This document shows, in pieces, positions 11,702 through 23,196 of a stretch of DNA of 46,538 nt (positions are counted from its first letter, which is position 1; each line of letters begins with the position of its first letter). Location: IMG/VR virus record IMGVR_UViG_2879754190_000005, one strand, 5' to 3'. The stretch comes from a virus. Lineage: Duplodnaviria > Heunggongvirae > Uroviricota > Caudoviricetes. The translations under genes and the position numbers were made by a program. The notes beneath the pieces are model-generated. The model saw nothing but the letters and a program-made list of their open reading frames with translations. It had not been told where the DNA came from and ran no database searches.

Positions 11702-11948
11702 TCCTCACGCGCCAGCAAAATCTGGCGTCGGGATTGGCGTCCCGGATGTTTACGGAGCGATATGAGACGCGCCCGCGTCTTTTTTCATATCGTTTGCACA
11801 GTCACATTCGCGATTTATGGCGGGCTGTGTGGGGGAGCCGAAAGGCTCGCCGGTTTCCGTACCCGGTTACGCCAACCCTGCACAGTTCGCCACCAGTTCG
11901 ATTGGCGTCGTCGGTGGCGATAATTTCCAAATGTACGGAGTTATCGTT

Positions 11949-13756
11949 ATGACCACTCAAATCTCTGTTGAAACTCTCTCCCCGATCACCCATAACCAGT
12001 GAGGTAGCCTGAGTTTAACGGACACTCCTTCCTGAAATAGAATGGCATCAGAAGGAGCTAATAATGAGCAGAAAAACCCAACGTTACTCTAAAGAGTTCA
12101 AAGCCGAAGCTGTCAGAACGGTTCTTGAAAATCAACTTTCGATCAGTGAAGGCGCTTCCCGATTATCCCTTCCTGAAGGCACTTTAGGACAATGGGTTAC
12201 CGCCGCCAGAAAAGGGCTCGGTACTCCTGGTTCCCGCACGGTGGCTGAACTGGAATCTGAAATTCTGCAACTGCGTAAGGCGTTAAATGAAGCTCGCCTT
12301 GAGCGAGATATATTAAATTGCACAGGAGTCGCTGAAAAATACGCGTTAATCGAACAATGGCGACAACAATTTCCCATTGAAGCGATGTGTCAGGTATTTG
12401 GTGTATCCAGGAGCGGTTATTACAACTGGGTACAGCATGAACCCTCAGACAGAAAACAAAGTGATGAGCGGCTAAAACTGGAGATTAAGGTGGCACATAT
12501 CCGCACTCGCGAAACATATGGAACCCGGCGGCTCCAGACGGAGCTGGCAGAGAATGGCATCATCGTTGGTCGTGACCGACTGGCACGTCTTCGTAAGGAG
12601 CTGAGGCTACGCTGTAAGCAGAAACGCAAGTTCAGAGCGACTACGAACCCGAACCACAATCTGCCAGTTGCGCCAAATCTGCTGAACCAGACGTTCGCTC
12701 CTACAGCACCAAATCAGGTCTGGGTGGCGGACCTGACGTATGTTGCCACACAGGAGGGATGGTTGTACCTCGCTGGCATCAAAGATGTTTATACGTGTGA
12801 AATTGTCGGCTACGCCATGGAGAGCGCATGACAAAAGAGCTGACAGGTAAAGCCCTGTTTATGGCGCTCAGGAGCCAGCGCCCACCTGCCGGGCTAATCC
12901 ACCACTCTGATCGAGGTTCACAGTACTGCGCATACGAATTACCGGGTCATACAGGAGCAGTCTGGTCTGAAAACATCAATGTCGCGTAAAGGTAACTGTT
13001 ACGACAACGCTCCGATGGAAAGCTTCTGGGGAACGCTGAAAAATGAGAGCCTGAGCCACTATCGTTTTAATAACCGGGATGAAGCCATCTCAGTAATACG
13101 GGAATACATTGAGATTTTCTACAATCGTCAGCGTCGTCACTCTCGTCTGGGGAATATCTCCCCGGCAGCCTTCAGGGAAAAATATCATCAGATGGCTGCT
13201 TAAAAAAAGAACAAATGGTAGTGTCCGCTATTGCCAGTACACCTCACAGATTCCTGTTATTACCACCGAACTTTTGGCGCAGCTTTACGGCACTGAGCCG
13301 GTGCGTATTCGCCAGAATCATCATGAGAACAAAGTACGCTTCGTTGAAGGGAAACACTTTTTCAAAGTTGTTGGTAATGACCTTAAAGAATTGCGGGTCG
13401 CTTTAAACTACTCACAAAATCCAGTTTCACCCAAAGCCCGCTCCCTCATCCTCTGGACAGAACGAGGCGCAGCACGCCACGGCAAAATGCTCGAAACCGA
13501 TCAGGCGTGGGATGTGTTCGAAAAACTGGAAGACTGCTATTTCAGTCAAAGGGATCCGTCAACGCCAGTTTCATGCCAGAAAAGTTACGACACGCGAGTT
13601 CTCTGTTATCAGAGAGGCGGTGTCACTGTTTCCACAATTCAGTTACGGGATGATGATATTGTTATTTCCCTTGAGTCATGGCTGGAACTGGCGAGAGCCA
13701 ATGGTTGGTTTGTTGTTCGCAGAGATAAACTGGTGGAAAGGTTGATGCAGCTTTAA
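11949..13756 (+). pseudogene. ORF6N/Ant-like (KilA-N-related) phage protein, interrupted by IS600
   Basis: Start ATG 11949 after GGAG; frame reads MTTQISVETLSPITHNQ, then IS600; after the duplicated CAG codon it continues IPVITTELLAQLYGTEP...LWTERGAARHGKMLETDQAW... to stop at 13756. Confidence 0.6.
12000..13246 (+). mobile_element. IS600 copy with 3-bp target duplication CAG and a 17-bp deletion of the frameshift window
   Basis: Termini TGAGGTAGCC... and ...CAGTACACCTCA; CAG at 11997-11999 and 13247-13249; relative to the 44788 copy the stretch AAAAGCAACAGCGTATT is missing, fusing orfA and orfB in frame (ORF 12064-12831). Confidence 0.9.
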
Positions 13757-13851
13757 AAAAGTTCTTGCATTTTTGCACATAAACTGCTTCAATTACGGTA
13801 AGCTTCGCAAAGCTGTATCGCGAGGCGAATAGCAGACATGGACACTTGAAA

Positions 13852-13878
13852 GAACCCGCTTTATGCGGGTTTTTTTGT
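13852..13878 (+). terminator. Rho-independent terminator
   Basis: AACCCGC TTTAT GCGGGTTTTTTT. Confidence 0.6.
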
Positions 13879-13926
13879 GCCTGAAAAATGGCACAGGGCG
13901 TTAAACGCGCTGGTGGTCAGATGAGT

Positions 13927-13955
13927 TTGCAGATGTGATGACATATGGTTATTAT
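13927..13955 (+). promoter_or_regulatory. Sigma70 promoter candidate for the tRNA array
   Basis: TTGCAG - 17 nt - TATTAT ending 9 nt before the first tRNA. Confidence 0.4.
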
Positions 13956-13964
13956 TCTGCCTCC

Positions 13965-14041
13965 GGCCCTTTAGCTCAGTTGGTCAGAGCGAGCGACTCA
14001 TAATCGCCAGGTCGCTGGTTCAAGTCCAGCAAGGGCCACCA
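13965..14041 (+). tRNA. tRNA with CAU anticodon (Ile2-type or Met)
   Basis: Cloverleaf with 7-bp acceptor stem GGCCCTT/AAGGGCC, anticodon loop CTCATAA, T-loop TTCAAGT, encoded CCA; resembles E. coli ileX from memory. Confidence 0.8.
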
Positions 14042-14042
14042 A

Positions 14043-14119
14043 CCACCACTAGCTCATCCGGATAGAGCATCAACCTTCTAAGTTGACGGTGCGAGGTTCG
14101 AGTCCTCGGTGGTGGGCCA
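14043..14119 (+). tRNA. tRNA-Arg (UCU anticodon)
   Basis: Acceptor CCACCAC/GTGGTGG, anticodon loop CTTCTAA, T-loop TTCGAGT, CCA end. Confidence 0.8.
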
Positions 14120-14121
14120 GC

Positions 14122-14197
<76 letters not shown>

Positions 14198-14200
14198 TAT

Positions 14201-14275
<75 letters not shown>

Positions 14276-14389
14276 TGACCTTTCTTAAAGTACTCCAACC
14301 TACTGAATCCTAAGGGATACGGCTTTAAGCCTCCTTGCAGAGTTACTTACTGTAACCCACTGTGTAACCCTCTCAGGGCATGCAGACAT

Positions 14390-15994
14390 ATGATTCAGCT
14401 ATCCAGTAGTCACAAACTTCCAGCAGTCTACTATCTCTACCAGCGTAACGGCGTCTACTACTTCCGTCTTAGGGTCAGACAATCAAACAATGATAGAATG
14501 ACCTCAATATCATTACGGACCAAGGATAGACGCACCGCTATGGCTTACTCAAGGCACATAAAGGCAGCACTCAAGGCAATACACGCAGACAGACCCAACG
14601 CTACCTATGAGGAAATGAGGGAACACCTTAAGGACATCGCTGAGTGTGAACTGTCTATGGGCCGTTCAGATCTCTTTGAGCCTGACATGAGGGATATCTA
14701 CCGGGACCAATACGGAGAACTTGGTGAGAGCCTTACCGATGCTCTGGCTAGTGAGCCGCTAAGCATTGACCAGCATCGTTACATCAATGAGGCCCTGAAG
14801 GTGCTAAAAGCCTGTATGAGGCGTATCGAAGCGGGAGACAGTCAGCCTCTGATAGATTACGTCGATCTTTTTAATGATATTGATAGGCAAGATAACCAAG
14901 CAGACTCTGTGTCCCTATCTGTTAATGCTCCAGAAGTAAAACCAGAAGTTACGCCTAGCATTACCATAGCGAGCCTCTTTGAACAATACGAAGCGGAGAA
15001 CTATCAGAACTGGAAGCCTGCAACCTTAAGGGAAAACAAGGCGTCACACGCTGCGTTAATCGAAATATTCGACCATCTGGGTCTCAATGCAGACGCTAAC
15101 AGGGCTGACATGCTTAGGGTCCGTGATGTGCTCCAGCAGTTACCTAGGAACCGTAAGCAGCGCTTCAAGGATGTCCCACTTGCTGACCTGTTGAGCCGTG
15201 AAGATAAGACAGATTGTCTGGATGTCGTTACCATCAACAACAAGTATCTTATTAAGATGGCTGCTGTCTTTAGGTGGGCTGTGCGCAATGACTTGATTAA
15301 AAAGAACATGACTGAGGGTCTGGAGCTTAAAGTCCCTCAGCGTAAAGCCTCAGGGGCCCGTAACGCCTTCTCTACGGAGCAGGTGGGGCAACTACTGGTC
15401 GCAGCTAAGGCATACTCTCAGAAGACCTCTGGTAAGCCGTATCATTATTATGTTACCGCCTTGGCTGCTATCACTGGGGCGAGACTCAATGAAATAGCCC
15501 AACTACAGGTCAAAGACGTCAGGACCACTGAGGCGGGAACCGTTTATATTCATATCAATGAAGACGATAGTAGTCTACCCGGTAAGAGCATCAAGAACGC
15601 TCATAGTGACCGCTGTGTGCCTCTGGTCGATGGGGCCTATGGTTTTATATTGGCTGACTTTATGGCGCTTGTAGAGACCCGTAGAGGCGCTGACGGTGAT
15701 GACGCTATGGTGTTCGATGGTCTGCGTCTCATGAAGAACGGTTACGGTGAGCAGGTGAGTAAATGGTTTAATCGGACGTTGTTGCCTAAAGTCCTCGTAG
15801 ACCGTAGCGGCTTAGCGTTTCACTCGTTTAGACATACAGTTGCGGCCCAGTTAAAACAACATGGGGTCGAGTTGGCGTATGCACAGGCGATCATGGGGCA
15901 TAGTTCAGGGTCTATTACGTACGACCGTTATGCTAAAGAGGTCGAGGTTGATAGGCTGGTCAATGTGATGGCTGATGTTTATAAGGAGACCTAG
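14390..15994 (+). CDS. Tyrosine recombinase / integrase (534 aa)
   Basis: C-terminal catalytic signature ...RLNEIAQL...HSFRHTVAAQL...GHSSGSITYDRY; lies 114 bp downstream of the tRNA-Gly 3' end on the same strand, the classic island-integrase arrangement. Confidence 0.85.
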   Translation: MIQLSSSHKLPAVYYLYQRNGVYYFRLRVRQSNNDRMTSISLRTKDRRTAMAYSRHIKAALKAIHADRPNATYEEMREHLKDIAECELSMGRSDLFEPDMRDIYRDQYGELGESLTDALASEPLSIDQHRYINEALKVLKACMRRIEAGDSQPLIDYVDLFNDIDRQDNQADSVSLSVNAPEVKPEVTPSITIASLFEQYEAENYQNWKPATLRENKASHAALIEIFDHLGLNADANRADMLRVRDVLQQLPRNRKQRFKDVPLADLLSREDKTDCLDVVTINNKYLIKMAAVFRWAVRNDLIKKNMTEGLELKVPQRKASGARNAFSTEQVGQLLVAAKAYSQKTSGKPYHYYVTALAAITGARLNEIAQLQVKDVRTTEAGTVYIHINEDDSSLPGKSIKNAHSDRCVPLVDGAYGFILADFMALVETRRGADGDDAMVFDGLRLMKNGYGEQVSKWFNRTLLPKVLVDRSGLAFHSFRHTVAAQLKQHGVELAYAQAIMGHSSGSITYDRYAKEVEVDRLVNVMADVYKET

Positions 15995-16082
15995 AGGAGA
16001 CCATAGTCTAGGATGACACTTACTACAGACCTGTGTGGTCATGTTTTTGACTCATAGTTTTCTCTACTTGTCAAGGGATAAT

Positions 16083-16105
16083 TAATACGACTCACTATAG
16101 GGAGA
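16083..16105 (+). promoter_or_regulatory. T7 RNA polymerase promoter match, copy 1
   Basis: TAATACGACTCACTATAGGGAGA, 23/23 to the T7 class III consensus; +1 G at 16100. Confidence 0.8.
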
Positions 16106-16203
16106 AGGGACACAAAAAGTTTTCTCTTCTAGGATGACACTTACTACAGACCTGTGCGGTCATGTTTTTGACTCATAGTTTTCTCTGCTTGTCAAGGGGT
16201 AAT

Positions 16204-16226
16204 TAATACGACTCACTATAGGGAGA
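16204..16226 (+). promoter_or_regulatory. T7 RNA polymerase promoter match, copy 2
   Basis: TAATACGACTCACTATAGGGAGA, 23/23; +1 G at 16221. Confidence 0.8.
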
Positions 16227-16322
16227 AGGGACACAAAAGTTTTCTCTTCTAGGATGACACTTACTACAGACCTGTGTGGTCATGTTTTTGACTCATGGTT
16301 TTCTCTACTTGTCAAGGATAAT

Positions 16323-16345
16323 TAATACGACTCACTATAGGGAGA
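16323..16345 (+). promoter_or_regulatory. T7 RNA polymerase promoter match, copy 3
   Basis: TAATACGACTCACTATAGGGAGA, 23/23; +1 G at 16340. Confidence 0.8.
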
Positions 16346-16538
16346 AGGGACACAAAAAGTTTTCTCTTCTAGGACAACTAACCGTAACTTATCGCATCCT
16401 TTCAGGGGCGGGATGACCAATTACAGACACCAAGCGTTCTACTTAAAGTGAATGCTTCCTGTGTGCTCTGGGTCAGTCGATAAGTGAATAGCAATAAGAC
16501 ACAATCATCTTAATTATGGTCTCTAGTCCCTACAGGGG

Positions 16539-16742
16539 CTTAACTTAAAGTTAACTTAAAGACACAATTAAAGATTAACTTATAGTATTACTTAAAGTTA
16601 ACTTAAAGACACAATTAGAGATTAACTTTAAGTATTAAATAAAAGATTTAATTAAAGACCAATTAAAGATTAACTCTAAGGGAATACCTTAAGGGGTGAT
16701 GATATTTATAATAATCAATCACCAAACCTATAGGTCTTCTCT
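16539..16742. repeat. AT-rich tract of TTAACTTAAAG-type short direct repeats
   Basis: CTTAACTTAAAGTTAACTTAAAGACACAATTAAAGATTAACTTATAG... repeated as two imperfect units of about 52 bp, then further TTAAAG variants; no ORF of 60 aa or more on either strand. Confidence 0.7.
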
Positions 16743-17989
<1,247 letters not shown>

Positions 17990-18210
17990 TCTAGGGTCTC
18001 TCTATAGGTCTTCTCTATGGTCTCTCTATAGGTCTCTCTAGGGTCTCCTCTAGGCATTACCCCCAGAAGCTAACTCTATGGCCCTCTATGGTCCTCTATG
18101 GCCCTGTACGTCATTCTTTAGGATGCCCTGTAGTTTCGTATAGCCTGATGCCTAGAGAGACCCTAGAGAGACCCTAGAGAGACCCTAGAGTGGCTCCTAG
18201 AGAGACCCTC
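17990..18210. repeat. Iteron-like arrays with inverted symmetry (TCTCTAGGG / TCTCTATAGG units and their reverse complements)
   Basis: 17990-18053 GGTCTCTCTATAGG/TCTCTAGGG units; 18075-18105 CTCTATGGCCC x3; 18151-18210 CCTAGAGAGACC x4 on the opposite strand sense; continuous with ...CCTATAGGTCTTCTCT at 16725-16742 across the IS911 insertion. Confidence 0.7.
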
Positions 18211-18369
18211 CCAGTAGCTCCGCACAGCTACATCGTCATCATCATAGTATTCAATCTCAAAGTCATTCTGTTTGCATCCTGTTGTCCTGCTGGTCTCCCT
18301 TCGCTTGGGGACTTTGAGTAGGTCAGTGGGGGTGCGACTTCAGGGTGCAAACAAAAAGGAAATCAAGCG

Positions 18370-18525
18370 ATGTCTCAACAACCACAACAACCACAACAAG
18401 AAATCAGCATCATTAACCTCGACCAGCTTGTGTCCATGACCTCAGTTGAAATTGCTGAGCTGACAGGCAAGGAGCACCGAAATGTCCTTCGTGATATTCG
18501 TAAGATGCTCGAAGAACTTAACGCG
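18370..18525 (+). pseudogene. Rha/Ant-family phage regulatory protein, N-terminal stump truncated by IS1
   Basis: ...LVSMTSVEIAELTGKEHRNVLRDIRKMLEEL matches the Rha/antirepressor N-terminal motif; the last 9 codons and stop come from the IS1 terminus. Confidence 0.55.
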
Positions 18526-19293
18526 GGTAATGCTGCCAACTTACTGATTTAGTGTATGATGGTGATTTTAAGGTGCTTGCGTGGCTTCCATTTCCATCAG
18601 ATGTCCTTCCTGCTCCGCTACTGAAGGCGTGGTGCGTAACGGCAAAAGCACTGCCGGACATCAGCGCTATCTCTGCTCTCATTGCCGTAAAACATGGCAA
18701 CTACAGTTCACTTACACCGCCTCTCAGCCCGGTACGCACCAGAAAATCATTGATATGGCCATGAATGGCGTCGGATGTCGCGCCAGTGCACGCATTATGG
18801 GCGTTGGCCTCAACACGGTTTTACGTCACTTAAAAAACTCAGGCCGCAGTCGGTAACCTCGCGCATACAACCGGGCAGTGATGTGATTGTCTGCGCTGAA
18901 ATGGACGAACATTGGGGCTACGTCGGTGCTAAATCACGTCAGCGCTGGCTGTTTTACGCGTATGACAGGATACGGAGGACGGTTGTGGCGCACGTCTTCG
19001 GTGAACGCACTCTGGCCACACTGGAGCGTCTTCTGAGCCTGCTGTCGGCCTTTGAGGTCGTGGTATGGATGACGGATGGCTGGCCGCTGTATGAATCACG
19101 CCTGAAGGGAAAGCTGCACGTTATCAGCAAGCGTTACACTCAGCGCATTGAGCGACATAATCTGAATCTGAGACAACATCTGGCAAGGCTGGTACGGAAG
19201 TCACTGTCGTTCTCAAAATCGGTGGAGCTGCATGACAAGGTCATCGGGCATTATCTGAACATAAAACACTATCAGTAAGTTGGAGTCATTACC
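18526..19293 (+). mobile_element. IS1 copy 2 (no target duplication; abuts IS600 interior)
   Basis: 768 bp, InsA 18581-18856, InsB 18775-19278; left flank is the Rha-like stump, right flank is IS600 internal sequence. Confidence 0.92.
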
Positions 19294-20216
19294 CAGGAGT
19301 CGCTGAAAAATACGCGTTAATCGAACAATGGCGACAACAATTTCCCATTGAAGCGATGTGTCAGGTATTTGGTGTATCCAGGAGCGGTTATTACAACTGG
19401 GTACAGCATGAACCCTCAGACAGAAAACAAAGTGATGAGCGGCTAAAACCGGAGATTAAGGTGGCACATATCCGCACTCGCGAAACATATGGAACCCGGC
19501 GGCTCCAGACGGAGCTGGCAGAGAATGGCATCATCGTTGGTCGTGACCGACTGGCACGTCTTCGTAAGGAGCTGAGGCTACGCTGTAAGCAGAAACGCAA
19601 GTTCAGAGCGACTACGAACCCGAACCACAATCTGCCAGTTGCGCCAAATCTGCTGAACCAGACGTTCGCTCCTACAGCACCAAATCAGGTCTGGGTGGCG
19701 GACCTGACGTATGTTGCCACACAGGAGGGATGGTTGTACCTCGCTGGCATCAAAGATGTTTATACGTGTGAAATTGTCGGCTACGCCATGGAGAGCGCAT
19801 GACAAAAGAGCTGACAGGTAAAGCCCTGTTTATGGCGCTCAGGAGCCAGCGCCCACCTGCCGGGCTAATCCACCACTCTGATCGAGGTTCACAGTACTGC
19901 GCATACGATTACCGGGTCATACAGGAGCAGTCTGGTCTGAAAACATCAATGTCGCGTAAAGGTAACTGTTACGACAACGCTCCGATGGAAAGCTTCTGGG
20001 GAACGCTGAAAAATGAGAGCCTGAGCCACTATCGTTTTAATAACCGGGATGAAGCCATCTCAGTAATACGGGAATACATTGAGATTTTCTACAATCGTCA
20101 GCGTCGTCACTCTCGTCTGGGGAATATCTCCCCGGCAGCCTTCAGGGAAAAATATCATCAGATGACTGCTTAAAAAAAGAACAAATGGTAGTGTCCGCTA
20201 TTGCCAGTACACCTCA
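19294..20216 (+). mobile_element. IS600 3' fragment (orfB region only)
   Basis: Begins inside IS600 at ...CAGGAGTCGCTGAAAAATACGCG and ends at the IS600 right terminus ...CAGTACACCTCA (20216); orfB split 19356-19802 / 19799-20173. Confidence 0.9.
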
Positions 20217-20590
20217 GTAATCCATCCAGGCCTGTTGTTGCAGAGCTTGGCGATGATTCAGGCTGGCATTTTTTCAGCCAGAGAAACCCGGATAACAGCA
20301 TAGTGTTCACTGTTAACGGACAGGTAATTCCGTTAAATTACGGAAACTTCGATGCCCGCTATAAATATCGAACAGAGGGGGTACAGGATGTACGGTATGG
20401 CCATGAAATGTATTACAGCCCCGGCAGTAACACCGTTTCGTGGAGATTTTGCGCACCTTCGGGACACGGGCTGTCAGGGATGGCGATATCGGATACCGGC
20501 CGTAACTCAGCGGATAACGTTGACGGTGTGTATTACCGACCACTGCAAAAACTGATTAATGGCACCTGGTATAACGTAGCGAGTATTTAA
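20217..20590 (+). pseudogene. Tail fibre protein, C-terminal fragment
   Basis: Frame entering from the IS600 end encodes ...GWHFFSQRNPDNSIVFTVNGQ...[11 protein letters not shown] immediately upstream of a tail fibre assembly gene. Confidence 0.45.
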
Positions 20591-20592
20591 CA

Positions 20593-21242
20593 ATGTTGCA
20601 TTTAAAAAATATTACTGCGGGTAATCCGAAAACAGCAGAACAATATCAGATGACAAAACGATATTCGGTCACCTGGCTTTTTTCAGAAGACGGAAAAAAC
20701 TGGTATGAAGAGCTGAAGAATTTCGCCAGGACACAATTAAAATAACTTACACCGGAGACGGTCGCGTGGTGTGGGTCGGTAAGGATGTGACAGGCATTGA
20801 ACCCCGTAACGCCAGTGTTATTGAAGTTCCTGATATTACCGCCAACCGCCGCATTACCGCGCCGGGTTACTGGTTTTACCGCAATGATGAATTTGTCTTT
20901 GACTACAGACTCAAAGCGGAAGATGAGCGTGATGCCCTTCTGGCTCAGGTCAGTGCCCGGACAGGGGAATGGGAAGAAGACCTGCTGCTGGGGTTAATCA
21001 GCGACGAAGATAAAGAAAAGCTGAAAGCCTGTCGTATTTACGCGAAATCGCTGCAGGCGATGGATTTCAGCACCATCACTGATAAATCCTCATACAACGC
21101 CATTGAATGGCCCGCCTCTCGGAAGGTTCTTCCTGATTTAATTTATCGCGAGAAAACAATGTCTGTAGTGATATCAGGTGCGCTGACTGATGGCGCAGGT
21201 ATCCCCATGTCCGGATACCATATTATTCTGAAATCCCGGTAA
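20593..21242 (+). pseudogene. Tail fibre assembly protein (Tfa), frameshifted
   Basis: [44 protein letters not shown]... stops after 50 codons; the Tfa body ([37 protein letters not shown]...IEWPAS) continues in another frame (ORF 20766-21242) and runs into the next gene without its own stop. Confidence 0.55.
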
Positions 21243-22422
21243 ACCCCGGAAGTGGTGATGAACACTGTTGCTGATGTGATGACAGGAAACGATGGTGAAT
21301 ACTGTTTCCATGCGCGGACTGGAAAATATGGTGTGTATCTGAAACAGGACTGGCGCAACGAGTACAACGTTGGCGACATTGCTGTATATGAGGACTCAAA
21401 GCCCGGCACGCTGAATGACTTTCTGATTGCTCCTGATGAGGGCGACCTGAAACCGGATGTCGTCAAACGCTTTGAGGAAATGGTGGCGCAGGCGCAGCAG
21501 AGCGCCGGGGCCGCAGCCGGAAACGCACAGCAGACGGCGCAGGATGTGGCGGCAGCCGCAGGTTATGCCCGCGCAGCAGAGCAGGCCAAAAATGACATTG
21601 ATGCTGCGCTGACCGGCACTCTGAAAACGGCTAACCATCTGTCTGAAATCGCAGCAGCAGGCGAAAAGGCACAACAGAAGTCCTGGATAATCTGGGGCTG
21701 AAAAGTGCGGCCACGATGGAAGCACAGAGCGACATTTACGACCGGACAAAGGCCGTCTGGCGATACCCGGCGCATTCGGCTTTGGGTGTGCTTTTCTGCC
21801 TGAAGATGTTATCCGTTTTGACACTAAGAGTGATTTCCTGGCCTGGGTAAGGAATGCGCTGCCAGGTGAATATTCCGTTGCTGGCCCCTACGGCATCATC
21901 ATACCCGACACACGGTTTGAAGGGGTGCTCAGCATCCGGTGGACTGATGCACGCCCTGAGACAACAGAACCGCGGTACAGAGCCAAATCCCTTACTTTTT
22001 ACGGCATTAACGGCCCCATTTATCACACCCGCTACCGCTACTGGCCCATATCCAGACTGACTGACTGGGTGAAAATAAATATAACCACAGAAGATATTAT
22101 TTACAGAATCGTGGCGAGCTCTGTCCGCAACAGATGGGGAGACCCTGACATTGGCGGGCTGATTATTGCTGCGTACCAGGGAGAAGCTGACGGTGATAAA
22201 GTCATCAGACTTGTCAGGGGGCAGTCATACAGAGGCTCACGACTGGGACCGGTGGGGATTTCAGTGCCCAGTACTCCCACCGGAACGTATATAGCATCCC
22301 CACAATTTTTCATTACGGGATGTTCAGAGCATTCATTACCGGGGTCATATTGCGCCCTGTCCGGGGTGCCGGATGCTCATGTCTCTGGCGCAATGCCCGG
22401 GCTTTTTATTCGCACATCGTGA
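21159..22422 (+). pseudogene. Side tail fibre (Stf-like), in-frame nonsense codon plus later frame break
   Basis: MSVVISGALTDGAGIPMSGYHIILKSR then in-frame TAA at 21240-21242, then ...NTVADVMTGNDGEYCFH...VYEDSKPGTLNDFL...; the C-terminal part (21925-22422) is in a different frame. Confidence 0.55.
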
Positions 22423-22432
22423 GGAATGCACC

Positions 22433-22996
22433 GTGGAAATTAAAAAAATCATTAATCCCCGTTATACCGAAAGTGGCGCAGTAGACTGTGACGTTTTTTT
22501 TGACGACAGGGACCAGGCAGTCCCCTACACAGCCACCGCTGATGATGTCGCTCCGACGGGTCAGCAAATCTGGCAGGAACTGCAAAGCGGCAAATGGGGT
22601 GAGATAGCCCCATTCACTGTGACACCAGAAATGCTGGAAGCGGCCAGAGAGGCCAGACGTCAGGAAATTGAAGCATGGCGCGCAGAACAGGAGGCGAAGC
22701 TGTTCACGTTTGAATGGAACGGTCGTATCTGGAATGCTGGTCCCGACTCACTGGGCCGCCTGTCCCCGGTAGTCATGCTGGCAAAATCTGTCACAGCACA
22801 AACACATATGGCGTGGAGCGATGCCGATAATCAGCAGGTGAAACTGTCGATGCCGGAACTGGAAGAACTGGCGGCAGCAATGGTGCAGGCGCAGGTCGAT
22901 CGCAACGATGAGATTTATCGCCGTCAGCGGGAGCTGAAGGAAGAGCTGAATAGTCTGAAGGATTTGAATTCGGTTAGGAATTTTATCGTGGAATAA
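22433..22996 (+). CDS. Tail fibre assembly/chaperone-like protein
   Basis: GTG start after GAGGA; [25 protein letters not shown]...; sits directly after the tail fibre C-terminus; near-identical copy at 40363-40926. Confidence 0.5.
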   Translation: MEIKKIINPRYTESGAVDCDVFFDDRDQAVPYTATADDVAPTGQQIWQELQSGKWGEIAPFTVTPEMLEAAREARRQEIEAWRAEQEAKLFTFEWNGRIWNAGPDSLGRLSPVVMLAKSVTAQTHMAWSDADNQQVKLSMPELEELAAAMVQAQVDRNDEIYRRQRELKEELNSLKDLNSVRNFIVE

Positions 22997-23196
22997 CAGA
23001 AGCTGCGGCACGTCGTATGCAGGAACGTGCCGCGGTTGGCTGGTAAACTTTCGATAGTGCGAGTATTGAATGATTTCTAGGCGTTATCGATTTTACGTAT
23101 TTTTTGCATGATAGAATTCGTACCTCCTCCCAACGACCTTCCATGGCTTTCCGGACTTCTGTAGGCTGGCGGACGATGCTGTCCTCGGATGTTGTG

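Larger units (their letters stand above)
16009..16374 (+). repeat. Three tandem direct repeats (121, 120 and about 124 bp), each carrying a T7 promoter 23-mer
   Basis: Unit TAGGATGACACTTACTACAGACCTGTGTGGTCATGTTTTTGACTCATAGTTTTCTCTACTTGTCAAGGGATAATTAATACGACTCACTATAGGGAGAAGGGACACAAAAAGTTTTCTCTTC repeated from 16009, 16130 and 16250 with a few substitutions. Confidence 0.9.

Noticed and set aside
13109-13756. 215-aa ORF in the ORF track
   Set aside because: It starts inside the IS600 right end and reads into the 3' half of the IS-disrupted ORF6N-like gene; not a native gene.
16009-16374. T7 promoter sequence as cloning-vector contamination
   Set aside because: Three copies sit in tandem inside a 120-bp repeat whose flanks are not the usual vector sequences, and the array is contiguous with an integrase gene and IS911 with a proper target duplication. 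Cannot be fully excluded without reads.
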